From: Christensenellales bacterium
Lineage (GTDB): Bacteria > Bacillota > Clostridia > Christensenellales > DTU072
Direction of reading: 5' to 3'
Assembly: GCA_050945855.1 (NCBI GenBank)
Contig: JBMNTS010000006.1
Coordinates: 1-63,451 of the forward strand
Length of the DNA: 63,451 nucleotides
Every line of letters starts with the position of its first letter. The first letter of the stretch is position 1. A program made the position numbers and the translations under genes. This document shows positions 18,723 to 27,932 of this stretch, piece by piece. Below the pieces are notes generated by a model. The model was not told the DNA's origin and did no database searches. It was given only the letters and a program-made list of their open reading frames with translations.

Positions 18723-20019
18723 AAATCAATTCCTTAAACTTGTTCCCCCGCTCTATGTAGCTGGAATAACGGTCAAAACTTGCGCATGCCGGAGAAAACA
18801 ATATGTTGTCTATGCAATCAATACGGGAGAGAAAAAAAATGGCGTCCTTTAGATCTGCAAACTTCTTGATATTTACGTATCCCATTTTCAGCGCGGAAGC
18901 GTATATCTTGTCCGCGTTGCTGCCTGTGACGCAAACTATGCTTACGCTGTCCGAAATCTTATCAAAGAAACTGCAAAAATCCTCATTCTTATCGCTGCCG
19001 CCCATAATAAGCCCGGTATGCCCTTCCAGCGCGTCTATGGCGTGCTTGCACGCGTCTATATTGGTACCCTTGGAATCGTTGTAAAAGTTTTTGTTGAACA
19101 GCGTGCACACATATTCCAGCCTGTGCGCGGAAAGTTTAAAATTTCTGATCAGATTGTGCATGTGCTCTTCGCCTATCTTTAAGACGTACCCTACGTTTAA
19201 CGCCATTAATAAGTTCTGGTGATTGAATCTGCCTTTTAATTTGCTTGCCTTTAATGGCGCCAAAGGCTTTTCTTTTATGTAATAATAGCCGTTTTTTATA
19301 TGTACGGGGCTTTTACCCCCTTCGCTTTTTATCCCAATTACCCTGGCGGGCAGGCTTTTGCCCAATGCCCTTAAAGTAATGTCGTCATAATTTATGATGG
19401 CTATATCCTTGGCGGTTTGATTGGCAAAAACCCTTGATTTGGATTTTACGTAATCGTTATAAGTATCATACCTGTCCATGTGGTCGGGAGAAATATTGGT
19501 AAGAAGGGCTATATCCGCTTTTATACTCTCCGAAAAATCCAATTGAAAGCTGCTTGCCTCCACCACCGCGTAATCCAGCCTCATCCCGTCCGCCACCACC
19601 TGACTGACAGGATAACCGATGTTGCCCAACGTCCTTACGGCATAACCCGCGTACGATAACAGCGTGTTTATCATTTCCACAACGGTGGTTTTCCCGTTCG
19701 TGCCCGTAACCATAATTTTTTTGCAGTCAAGGTAAGCAAGACCCAATTCAAGCTCGCTTACTATTTTTATATAGTTTTGCCGCGCGTATTTGACTATGCT
19801 GTGTGTGGCGGGAATGGCGGGGCTTAATACTACCAGGTCTACCCCCTCAAATATGTAATCCATACTTTGACCCAGCAAATTGGTTTTGCCGTTTAATTTC
19901 GCTCTGTCGTCGTCATCGTATATTTTTATCTCCGCTCCAAGCTTTTCCAGCAAGGCGGCCGCGGAAACGCCGCTGGACTTTAAGCCGACTATTAATACTT
20001 TCATATCTTTACTTATCAT
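18706..20019 (-). CDS. murD: UDP-MurNAc-L-Ala:D-Glu ligase
   Basis: VTGTNGKTT, EASSFQL, PDHMDRY, HRLE, NDSKGTN, SPACASFD. Confidence 0.95.
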   Translation of the reverse strand: MISKDMKVLIVGLKSSGVSAAALLEKLGAEIKIYDDDDRAKLNGKTNLLGQSMDYIFEGVDLVVLSPAIPATHSIVKYARQNYIKIVSELELGLAYLDCKKIMVTGTNGKTTVVEMINTLLSYAGYAVRTLGNIGYPVSQVVADGMRLDYAVVEASSFQLDFSESIKADIALLTNISPDHMDRYDTYNDYVKSKSRVFANQTAKDIAIINYDDITLRALGKSLPARVIGIKSEGGKSPVHIKNGYYYIKEKPLAPLKASKLKGRFNHQNLLMALNVGYVLKIGEEHMHNLIRNFKLSAHRLEYVCTLFNKNFYNDSKGTNIDACKHAIDALEGHTGLIMGGSDKNEDFCSFFDKISDSVSIVCVTGSNADKIYASALKMGYVNIKKFADLKDAIFFLSRIDCIDNILFSPACASFDRYSSYIERGNKFKELIYEIEV

Positions 20020-20028
20020 AACGCCACC

Positions 20029-21033
20029 TCACACAAGTATTAATGCAACTATGCCGCCTATAAGCGTAATTATGCAATAGCAGGCAACAATTTTTGCTTC
20101 ATGCAAACCCTTAAGCTCCAAATGATGATGAAAAGGACTCATTAAAAAAATTCTTTTCCGAGTGCGTTTAAAATACAGCACTTGCAGAATTACGGAAACG
20201 CAGGAGAGAATAAACAGCGACCCTGTAAAAAGTATCAGCAAGGGTTGTCTGATAAACAGCGCGATGCTTGAACACGCTCCGCCCAACGCAAGAGCGCCCG
20301 TATCTCCCATAATAATTTTTGCCTTATAAGAATTAAACCATAAAAAGGCAAGCAGACCGCCTATCAGGGAAGCGACAAACACGGACAAGGATTTTAGCTC
20401 ATAAGAGTAAAAGGTCGCTCCCAGATATTCCGCGTTAAAAAAGGCGGTAATTATCAATATCAAAAATACGAAAAGATATATTAAAGATACCGAGCCTGCG
20501 AGTCCGTCCAGTCCGTCGGTAAGGTTGACCGCGTTGGTCAAGGCGATATACACAAACATGGAAAAGGGTATATACCACCATTTCAGGTTCAGCGTGGTAT
20601 GAATTACGGGTATATTTATTTCAGAGCCGATATAAGTATTGCGGTAAGCAAAATAACTGGCGATAAAGGCGATAAGCAGTTGAGAAATTATCTTCTGATA
20701 AGCCCTTAGACCTTGGTTTCGTTTCAAGCCAATTTTTATAAAATCATCAAGAAATCCTATTATCCCGTAAGAAAAGAATATTAACAGCGCGCTTAAGGCA
20801 AAGCGGTATTTAAATCCGCACAGCGCAAGCGTGGTTATTAAGGAGGCGATAATAAAAATCCACCCTCCCATTGTGGGCAGATTGGTTTTGTCCTGATGCT
20901 GTTTGACGTAATGCAGGATTACCTGTACGCTGTCGGCTTTTTTCAAAAGCCCGATCAGCAAAGGCGCTAAAAGCATACCTGCGGAGAAGGATATCAAAAT
21001 TGTGACCAAAGGCAAAATTATAGCGTTATTCAC
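20029..21033 (-). CDS. mraY: Phospho-MurNAc-pentapeptide transferase
   Basis: PTMGG, GFLDD, NAVNLTDGLDGL, MGDTG, PFHHHLE. GTG start. Confidence 0.96.
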   Translation of the reverse strand: MNNAIILPLVTILISFSAGMLLAPLLIGLLKKADSVQVILHYVKQHQDKTNLPTMGGWIFIIASLITTLALCGFKYRFALSALLIFFSYGIIGFLDDFIKIGLKRNQGLRAYQKIISQLLIAFIASYFAYRNTYIGSEINIPVIHTTLNLKWWYIPFSMFVYIALTNAVNLTDGLDGLAGSVSLIYLFVFLILIITAFFNAEYLGATFYSYELKSLSVFVASLIGGLLAFLWFNSYKAKIIMGDTGALALGGACSSIALFIRQPLLILFTGSLFILSCVSVILQVLYFKRTRKRIFLMSPFHHHLELKGLHEAKIVACYCIITLIGGIVALILV

Positions 21034-22453
21034 ACTTTACCTCCAGATGCTTTTTTACCTCCTCAATATCCGAATACGGTATTTTTTTGCCTTTTATATC
21101 CAAATAATCCTCTCCGCCTTTACCCGCGATTACTATAATATCCTCTTTGTTGGCAAGCGTGATAGCCAACTTGATTGCCAGACTTCTGTCCTGCTCGCAC
21201 ACATAGCCGTCCTTTTTCATACCCGCGGCAATATCCGAAATGATATCCTCAGGCTCCTCAAAACGCGGATTGTCTGAGGTAAGTATCACCAAATCACTGT
21301 ATTTTTGGGCTATCGCGCCCATAATCGGCCGTTTAGCCTTATCTCTGTTGCCGCCGCACCCGAACACGGTAATTATCCTGTTTTTTTTGAACATTTGCGC
21401 GGCGCGCAAAAGGTTTTCCAGTCCGTCCGGCGTATGAGCGTAATCAATTATTACCATTTTATCCGCATTAATTACATTGAATCTCCCCTCCGGAGGCTGA
21501 AGTCCTGTTATTGCGCGCTTAATCTCACCGATAGGCACCTTTAAGGACAAAGCGGCGGAAATGGCGGCAAGCGTATTGTATATGTTATATATTCCGGGCA
21601 GCGGCAAATCAATTTCGCAGATAATATCAAAAGCGTTCACCACAAACTTTGAGCCGTGCGTATCCTGCTCAATATCTATGGCAAAAACGTCGGAGGGCTG
21701 CTTAATGCCGTATGACGCTTTAAGAGAAGAAGTATTTTCAAATATTACTCTCCCGATATCGTCATCCGTGTTTATTACGGCAAATTTAACATTGCTTTTA
21801 TTGAAAAATGACTTCTTGACGTCGGCATATCGCCCCACATCCCCGAAAAAATCCAAATGGTCTTGTGAGATATTGGTAAAGATGCCGATATCAAATCGCA
21901 AGCCGCTCACCTTCTTAAAATATATGGCGTGCGCGGATACTTCCATTACCACAACCTTAACGTCCTGTTGCACAGCTTCCGCAAGGCTTTTATAAAGCAC
22001 GTCGGGGTCGGGTGTAGTAAGACCGCAATCCTTGACCTCCTCCCCTATCCTGAAGCCCAAAGTGCCTATTGAGGCGGTCTTTATGCCGCCGCAATTAAGA
22101 ATATGCTTTATTATGTGCGCGGTCGTGGTTTTTCCGTTAGTACCCACAACGGCAATTAATTTAAGCTTTTTTTCGGGATTTTTATAATAATTGGAACAGA
22201 TAGCAGCGTAAGCCTCTCTGGTATCCCTTACCGATATTGTGCTTTCTTCCGTTTTTTTTGAAGTAACGGCAGCTGCCGCTCCCTTTTGGAAGGCTTGCTT
22301 AACAAAATCGTGACCGTCGTAAGCTCCCCCTTCAAGCGCGATAAACAGATTCCCCGCTTTCACTTTTCGGCTGTCTGCAGTTATACCGCTGATTTCAACA
22401 TTTTCTGCAACCCCATGCGCTTGTACGTTTTTCAGTAAGTCCTGCAGCTTCAT
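21026..22453 (-). CDS. murE: UDP-MurNAc-tripeptide synthetase (meso-DAP type)
   Basis: GTNGKTT, TTPD, DHLDF, DYAHTPD, FGCGGNRD, DNPR (DAP-specific motif), AGKG. Confidence 0.96.
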   Translation of the reverse strand: MKLQDLLKNVQAHGVAENVEISGITADSRKVKAGNLFIALEGGAYDGHDFVKQAFQKGAAAAVTSKKTEESTISVRDTREAYAAICSNYYKNPEKKLKLIAVVGTNGKTTTAHIIKHILNCGGIKTASIGTLGFRIGEEVKDCGLTTPDPDVLYKSLAEAVQQDVKVVVMEVSAHAIYFKKVSGLRFDIGIFTNISQDHLDFFGDVGRYADVKKSFFNKSNVKFAVINTDDDIGRVIFENTSSLKASYGIKQPSDVFAIDIEQDTHGSKFVVNAFDIICEIDLPLPGIYNIYNTLAAISAALSLKVPIGEIKRAITGLQPPEGRFNVINADKMVIIDYAHTPDGLENLLRAAQMFKKNRIITVFGCGGNRDKAKRPIMGAIAQKYSDLVILTSDNPRFEEPEDIISDIAAGMKKDGYVCEQDRSLAIKLAITLANKEDIIVIAGKGGEDYLDIKGKKIPYSDIEEVKKHLEVKCE

Positions 22454-22454
22454 T

Positions 22455-24347
22455 TTATTCTCCTAAATCAATTAGAACTACGGTATTTTCGTCTATCCAG
22501 GCGCCTTCGACAGGGATTTGGGATATTACCGTCCCGCCTTCGCCAACCGTTTCATGATAAAGACCAAGTTTATATAATTCCGCTTTTGCCTTGGAGTACG
22601 AAAGCCCTTTAAGAGCGGGCATGGCAAAGCTTTTTACCGGCGTTTTGTTTGCCGGCTCAATACCAATATATTCAAATATGTTAGCAAATATATCTTTTAC
22701 ATAAGGCGCGGCTACGATGCTGCCGTAATACATTCCCCCTTTTGGCTCGTCCACCGCCATCAGCACAATGTATTCCGGGTCGTCTGCCGGAGCAAACCCG
22801 ATGAAGGTGGAAACATACTTGCCAGACGCGATAATTCCGTTCTCATATTTTTGCGCAGTCCCCGTTTTTCCGCCAATCTTATATCCCGCAACCGACGCGT
22901 TTTTGCCGCTGCCCAAGGAAACCGCCTTTTCCAGAATGTCCCGCATCAGCGCGCTTGTATTTTCAGATATAATCCGCTCCCCCGGTTTGGAGGAAAAAGT
23001 CTGCACCGTATTGCCGAAGCTGTCCTCCACCGATTTTAATAAATAGGGTTTTACAATTACGCCGCCGTTTATTGCCGCGCTTGCCGCCGTCAACAGTTCC
23101 AACGGCGTAACGGCTATCGCCTGCCCGAATCCCATACGCGCCAAATCCACATTTTTTACTATGTCTTTGGACAAAATCAGCCCGGAGGCTTCTCCGCTCA
23201 TATCAATGCCCGTCTTTCTCTGCAGATTAAATTTGTCTATGCCCTCATAAAAACGGTCCACTCCCAGCCGCAAAGCCATTTCCATAAACAGCACGTTGCA
23301 ACTGTGCTGCACGCCTTCGTCAAAGGTTTGGCTTCCGTGTCCCCGCGTGCGCCAGCACTTGATTTTTTTACCGTCCACAATCTTGTATCCGGGACAGAAA
23401 AAGTTGTAATCGCGGTTTATTACTCCGTACTCCAGCGCCAAAGCGGTAGTTAATATTTTAAACGTCGACCCCGGCTCAAACACGTTGCTTACCAGTATGC
23501 TTTTTGAGTTGGCAAACAAGCGGGGGATATCGTCACGCGGAATGTTGTTCAGATTTATTGAGGGCCGTTGCGCCATTGCGTAGATTTCTCCTGACTTGGG
23601 ATTCATGATTATGCAGCTGGAACTTAAGGGAGTAAATCTCTCATAGGCGTTCTTTACCGCATTTTCGGCAATGCTTTGCATCACGTAATCTATAGTCAAT
23701 TTTATGCTGCTGCCCGCGATGCCCGTATTATAAAGGGTGTAATTATCCGCCAGTTGCCTCCCCACCAAGTCCGTTTGCGTCAGAATCGCGCCGTCTTTTC
23801 CGGAAAGGTACCTGTTGTAATAATTTTCCAGACCCGCCTGTCCCTGCCCGTCTATATTCACAAATCCCAGCACCTGCGACAAAAAATCACCGTATGGGTA
23901 CACGCGCTTGATATTCTGAGAAAAATATACCCCGGTGACTTTTTCCTTGGTTATTCTGAGCATCGTTTGCTTGTCCACTTGCTTGGCCACCGTTATTTCG
24001 GATATTTTGGAGCGCATTTTTTCCAGCAACTTGATCTCGTCAAGACCCAAAACCGAACTTAAAACTTTTGCGGTATGCTCTTTATTTTTTACGCTGACCG
24101 GTCGCACGAATATGGTATAGGAAGTGGTGGAATCGGCCAGCACCACTCCGTTGCGGTCATAAATTTTGCCCCTTTCCGCCCTTAGCGGCACATCCCTTGT
24201 CCACTGGTCCAGCGCAAGGGACTGCAGCCTGCCGCTGTCAATAACCTCTATGTAAATCAGTTTGCATAGAATCGCGGTAAACAAAAAGGCTATTAACACC
24301 GTGAATGTCAATAACCTTTTCCTTTGTTTATAATTAGTGTATTTAAT
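22455..24347 (-). CDS. spoVD: Class B penicillin-binding protein SpoVD/FtsI with one PASTA domain
   Basis: RGKIYDRNG, RVYPYG, GLE, EPGSTFK (SxxK), SCN, KTGTAQ. Start probably ATT 24347; the ORF track gives TTG 24311. Confidence 0.88.
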   Translation of the reverse strand: MKYTNYKQRKRLLTFTVLIAFLFTAILCKLIYIEVIDSGRLQSLALDQWTRDVPLRAERGKIYDRNGVVLADSTTSYTIFVRPVSVKNKEHTAKVLSSVLGLDEIKLLEKMRSKISEITVAKQVDKQTMLRITKEKVTGVYFSQNIKRVYPYGDFLSQVLGFVNIDGQGQAGLENYYNRYLSGKDGAILTQTDLVGRQLADNYTLYNTGIAGSSIKLTIDYVMQSIAENAVKNAYERFTPLSSSCIIMNPKSGEIYAMAQRPSINLNNIPRDDIPRLFANSKSILVSNVFEPGSTFKILTTALALEYGVINRDYNFFCPGYKIVDGKKIKCWRTRGHGSQTFDEGVQHSCNVLFMEMALRLGVDRFYEGIDKFNLQRKTGIDMSGEASGLILSKDIVKNVDLARMGFGQAIAVTPLELLTAASAAINGGVIVKPYLLKSVEDSFGNTVQTFSSKPGERIISENTSALMRDILEKAVSLGSGKNASVAGYKIGGKTGTAQKYENGIIASGKYVSTFIGFAPADDPEYIVLMAVDEPKGGMYYGSIVAAPYVKDIFANIFEYIGIEPANKTPVKSFAMPALKGLSYSKAKAELYKLGLYHETVGEGGTVISQIPVEGAWIDENTVVLIDLGE

Positions 24348-24360
24348 AGGACTCCCTCTC

Positions 24361-24906
24361 CTACGGTTTATTCAGGGAATCACAAAAACGGTCAAACCAG
24401 TTCCGGCTCTCCTTTTCCTCACTTTGCGCCAATGGCGAAATACTCTCGTTTTGCATATATCCGGAGTCGGCGTTGGCATCGATAGCGGGTTGGCCGTCCA
24501 TGTTTACCCATAGTAAAGTAGATGCCAGCGCAAGGGTAATAATTACATATAATGATACAAAAATCTTGCCTGCCTTAGTCAGCTTCTTTGCCGAATCCGC
24601 GCCGCTTTTCCCGGCCTCCTCACTCTTGCCTTGCTCATAAACGCCGCTTGCGGGCGCATCCGCGTTGCCCTTTAATTTCTTAAGCAACTCCTCTTTGTAG
24701 GAATCCTTTTCCACATTAAAGGACATCTTTTTTATTTTTTCCCTTATGCTTTTTGCCGCTTTTTTTGCTCTTGCCGCGCTCTCGTCAACAAGACCGGTTT
24801 TCTCCAGATAATTGCCGTATTTTTCCTGCATGAAGAGGTCGTAACCGGTCAGCTTAACGTCTTTTGCTTTTTCGGTTTCGCTTACTTTTATATTTAAGCC
24901 GCTCAT
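24361..24906 (-). CDS. Hypothetical bitopic membrane protein in the ftsL position
   Basis: 181 aa with one TM (IFVSLYVIITLALASTLLWV). Coupled to rsmH with a GGAGG RBS. Confidence 0.75.
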   Translation of the reverse strand: MSGLNIKVSETEKAKDVKLTGYDLFMQEKYGNYLEKTGLVDESAARAKKAAKSIREKIKKMSFNVEKDSYKEELLKKLKGNADAPASGVYEQGKSEEAGKSGADSAKKLTKAGKIFVSLYVIITLALASTLLWVNMDGQPAIDANADSGYMQNESISPLAQSEEKESRNWFDRFCDSLNKP

Positions 24907-25862
24907 AGCGTACCTCCTTTATCGGATTTTTCCGATTTGTCCTCAATTTTTTCTACCGCGCGCAATTTCGCGCTTTGCGCTCTTTTGTTTTCGGCAATCT
25001 CCTTTTTTGAGGCAGTCAGCGGTTTTTTATAAAGACTGACAACCTCTTTTACTTTACCGCACACGCACACCGGTGCCCTTTTGTCGCATATACAATCCGC
25101 TTCCAGATATTTAAAGGCGTTTTTTACTATCCTGTCCTCCAAAGAGTGGAAAGTAATTACGCACAAGCGTCCGCCGGTCTTAAGATGGGAAACGCAATCG
25201 TATATAAATTTGTCTAAGCCCGTAAGCTCCCGATTGACTTCTATCCTTATCGCCTGAAAAGTCTGCTTGGCAGGGTTGCCCGATTTGTACCTTAGTTTTG
25301 CCGGATAGCATTTCTCCACAAGCGCGGCAAGCTCTAAGGTGCTTTCAATTGGCTTGCTTTTTCGCCTTTCGGCTATGGTCCGCGCAATGGAGGAGGCAAA
25401 TTTTTCTTCGCCGTATTCCCGGAGTATGCGCGCAAGCTCTCCTTGCGGATAAGTATTGACTACCTCGTATGCGCTTATACCGCCGGAATCGTCCATACGC
25501 ATATCCAGCCTGCCGTCGGCGATATAACTGAAACCGCGTTCGGGGGAATCAATCTGATGGCTGCTTATCCCCAAATCCGCAATTATTCCGTCGAATTTGG
25601 CATCGGTCAGCGAAATGAAGTCTCTGAAATCCGAATGTATCAGCCTGTACTTGCCCCTGTACGCACTAAGCCTTTCGTCTGCCGCCCTTAACGCGTCTTG
25701 ATCTTTATCGGTTGCATACAAATACCCTTGATCAATAGACTTAAGTATGCCTTCACTGTGTCCTCCTCCGCCTAAAGTCGCATCGAAGTAAATTCCGTCC
25801 GATTTGATATTAAGCGTTTTTATTACTTCGTTATATAGTACAGGAATATGTTTATATTCCAT
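24903..25862 (-). CDS. rsmH: 16S rRNA m4C1402 methyltransferase
   Basis: HIPVL, DATLGGGGHS, DLGISSHQ, RGFSY, LDMRMD, FQAIRIEVN, TFHSLEDR. Confidence 0.97.
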   Translation of the reverse strand: MEYKHIPVLYNEVIKTLNIKSDGIYFDATLGGGGHSEGILKSIDQGYLYATDKDQDALRAADERLSAYRGKYRLIHSDFRDFISLTDAKFDGIIADLGISSHQIDSPERGFSYIADGRLDMRMDDSGGISAYEVVNTYPQGELARILREYGEEKFASSIARTIAERRKSKPIESTLELAALVEKCYPAKLRYKSGNPAKQTFQAIRIEVNRELTGLDKFIYDCVSHLKTGGRLCVITFHSLEDRIVKNAFKYLEADCICDKRAPVCVCGKVKEVVSLYKKPLTASKKEIAENKRAQSAKLRAVEKIEDKSEKSDKGGTL

Positions 25863-25864
25863 TA

Positions 25865-26302
25865 TCAGAAGCCGTATCCTTTAAATACTGACATATTTTC
25901 TTCAAAGCTGGTTTTGCCGAATATGTTCTTTTCTTCGTAGGTTTCCTGCGACCAAATCTCAATTTTATCCATTGCGCCCACGAAATATATGCCTTTTCCT
26001 ATAGCGGCATAGCTTTTTAACCCCTGCGGCAATGTAAACCTGCCTTGCGCGTCCACTTCCGGGCTGCAGATAGCCGCCAGAAAGTTGGACTTTGCCTTTT
26101 GTGCCTCAAGGTGCGATAAGGGAATGGTCTCCAGCTTTTCCAGCAATGTCTTTACAACCTCTTCGCCCATAACGTAAAGGCAGTTGTTGGCGCCGGGCAG
26201 AAGGAAAAAGTTATCCGACAGCACCGCGCGAAATTTGGCGGGTATCCTGATACGGTTTTTATCGTCCAGTTTATAGTTGTATGTTCCTAAAAACACAAAC
26301 AC
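25865..26302 (-). CDS. mraZ: Transcriptional regulator MraZ
   Basis: FLGTY..LDDKNR..IPAKFR, DAQGR, IEIWS. GTG start with AAAGGAG RBS. Confidence 0.95.
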   Translation of the reverse strand: MFVFLGTYNYKLDDKNRIRIPAKFRAVLSDNFFLLPGANNCLYVMGEEVVKTLLEKLETIPLSHLEAQKAKSNFLAAICSPEVDAQGRFTLPQGLKSYAAIGKGIYFVGAMDKIEIWSQETYEEKNIFGKTSFEENMSVFKGYGF

Positions 26303-26325
26303 TTTCTCCTTTACTTTACATCTTG

Positions 26326-26356
26326 ATTATAACACAATTTTAACCACCACTAACCA
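26326..26356 (-). promoter_or_regulatory. dcw promoter with probable MraZ operator repeats
   Basis: Extended -10 TGnTATAAT (26326-26334). TGGTTA direct repeats at 10-bp spacing (26341-26346, 26351-26356) cover the -35 region. Confidence 0.6.
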
Positions 26357-26426
26357 TTTCATAAAAAATCTTTGTCATTTTTGATAAATTTTGGTAGTAT
26401 TTTTGGGAATGAAACTCAAAATAAGC

Positions 26427-26457
26427 AAAAAAAAGAACATTTTTAGTACAAATGTTC
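26427..26457 (-). terminator. Probable intrinsic terminator after the metallophosphoesterase
   Basis: GAACATTT-7 nt-AAATGTTC followed by T8. The stem is AT-rich. Confidence 0.5.
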
Positions 26458-26501
26458 ACAAAATTCGCTAATTAGATTGTTAAGACAGCTTAATGCAAAG
26501 G

Positions 26502-27188
26502 TTACAAATCTATCTTCAAAGGGATATTGCGCAGCATATCGCAACTGGTCAGATAATATGTTATGCCGTCCAACCGCACTACCCTTTTGGCATTGGTGCC
26601 GGCTCCGTGCAGGTGTCCGTATACTACCGCGGATACGCCGTATTCCGCATACAAGTCCGTAAAGGGGGAAGCTTTATATTTATCGCTGAAGGGAGGATAA
26701 TGTGTAAGCACAACCAGTTTGTCCTCCTTTTCTTTCAGCTTGTTTCCTTCGTCAAGGGACATCCGCATGCGAATCAATTCTCTGGCGTAAATCTTGCGGT
26801 CCTCTTCGCTTTCCCTCTCCCCCCAGCCTCTGGAGCCGCAAACAATAACATCGCCGAATTTCAATGCGTTGTTCTGCAACGCAAAAACGCCCTGCGGAAG
26901 GGCGGCTTTGACTTTGGAGTAACTTGACCACCAATAGTCGTGATTGCCTCTGATAATCACCTTTTTCCCGGGTAAAAGGGGGAGCAGGTCCAAATCGGCG
27001 CGCGCTTTTTCCAGCGTCATAGCCCAAGAAGTATCACCCGCGATAAGCAGCAGATCCTCTTCCCCCACTAAGGCGCGGGCATTATCCAGTATCTTGTCCC
27101 AATGGTCTTCCCACCTCTCCCCGAATATATCCATGGGTTTAGGCTCCAAAGAGGAAAGGTGAAAATCGCTTATGGCAAAAACGTTCAT
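26502..27188 (-). CDS. Calcineurin-like metallophosphoesterase
   Basis: SDFHL, AGDTSW, RGNHDYWW, THYPP, YGHLH. Confidence 0.9.
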   Translation of the reverse strand: MNVFAISDFHLSSLEPKPMDIFGERWEDHWDKILDNARALVGEEDLLLIAGDTSWAMTLEKARADLDLLPLLPGKKVIIRGNHDYWWSSYSKVKAALPQGVFALQNNALKFGDVIVCGSRGWGERESEEDRKIYARELIRMRMSLDEGNKLKEKEDKLVVLTHYPPFSDKYKASPFTDLYAEYGVSAVVYGHLHGAGTNAKRVVRLDGITYYLTSCDMLRNIPLKIDL

Positions 27189-27194
27189 AAAAAT

Positions 27195-27223
27195 ATAATA
27201 TCATATTACAAATTAATGTTCAA
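27195..27223 (-). promoter_or_regulatory. SigA-type promoter giving a leaderless transcript
   Basis: TTGAAC-17 bp-TATTAT (extended TG), 6 nt before the ATG. No SD sequence. Confidence 0.65.
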
Positions 27224-27254
27224 TGATAAAATACCGATATGTCACTATTGCCAT

Positions 27255-27289
27255 AAGGTGGAAGTGGGAGGATACCCACTTCCCGCCTT
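27255..27289 (-). terminator. Strong 3' hairpin after the CsxA-like gene
   Basis: AAGGCGGGAAGTGGG-TATCCT-CCCACTTCCACCTT directly after the stop. U-tract is short. Confidence 0.5.
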
Positions 27290-27901
27290 CTATCTGGAAA
27301 CAGGATAAATTGGTCTGCTGAACACTCCGGAGCATACGTCTTCCGTAAACTCTTCGCATGAAGGTATTACGGGATATCCTGCCGTCGGCAATATCAAGTC
27401 CACATTTGCGATAACCTTATTAATTATCGTAAAGCATAATGTACATCTCAGATTATTGCTGGAGAAGGAGCCGTCCAATACCACTACCGTCGCCGTGCAA
27501 TCTATCATTGCGGGGGTAAGGGCATCGTTGGGCACCCTAAGTACCACATCTATGCTGGCGGTAGCGCTTGCTTCCCCGGTAACCTCTACGCCAAGACTGT
27601 TGGTAGCCACTATTGCCAGCGGAATAATAAGGTCAAATTTTACTCTGCTGCACGGGCTGCCTTCGATAGGTGTTATCGTAAGGTTTTGCATAATCGTGGT
27701 AATGCTGCGGCCGCTTATAAAGGTGTAAGGGGGTTTATAGCTTGAGAAAACCACCTTTAAAGTCACGTTTTCCTCCGCGAATTGTTTTATACAGGCGTCA
27801 AAGACTCTGGTCACGTTTACAACCACCCTGTCGCAAAAATTATCTCTGCCGTTATGCAACAAACCTGAGGTGTTACACTTTACTCTTCTAGAATTCGCCA
27901 T
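27290..27901 (-). CDS. Cys-containing, beta-rich spore coat/exosporium protein (CsxA-like)
   Basis: VxRVFDAC near the N-terminus and C-terminal KVIANVDLILPTAGYPVIPSC...C..F..PIYP. ATG 27901 behind GGGAG. SigK-type promoter. Confidence 0.6.
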   Translation of the reverse strand: MANSRRVKCNTSGLLHNGRDNFCDRVVVNVTRVFDACIKQFAEENVTLKVVFSSYKPPYTFISGRSITTIMQNLTITPIEGSPCSRVKFDLIIPLAIVATNSLGVEVTGEASATASIDVVLRVPNDALTPAMIDCTATVVVLDGSFSSNNLRCTLCFTIINKVIANVDLILPTAGYPVIPSCEEFTEDVCSGVFSRPIYPVSR

Positions 27902-27932
27902 AATTAGTCTCCCATAAAATTGGTTTATACTA

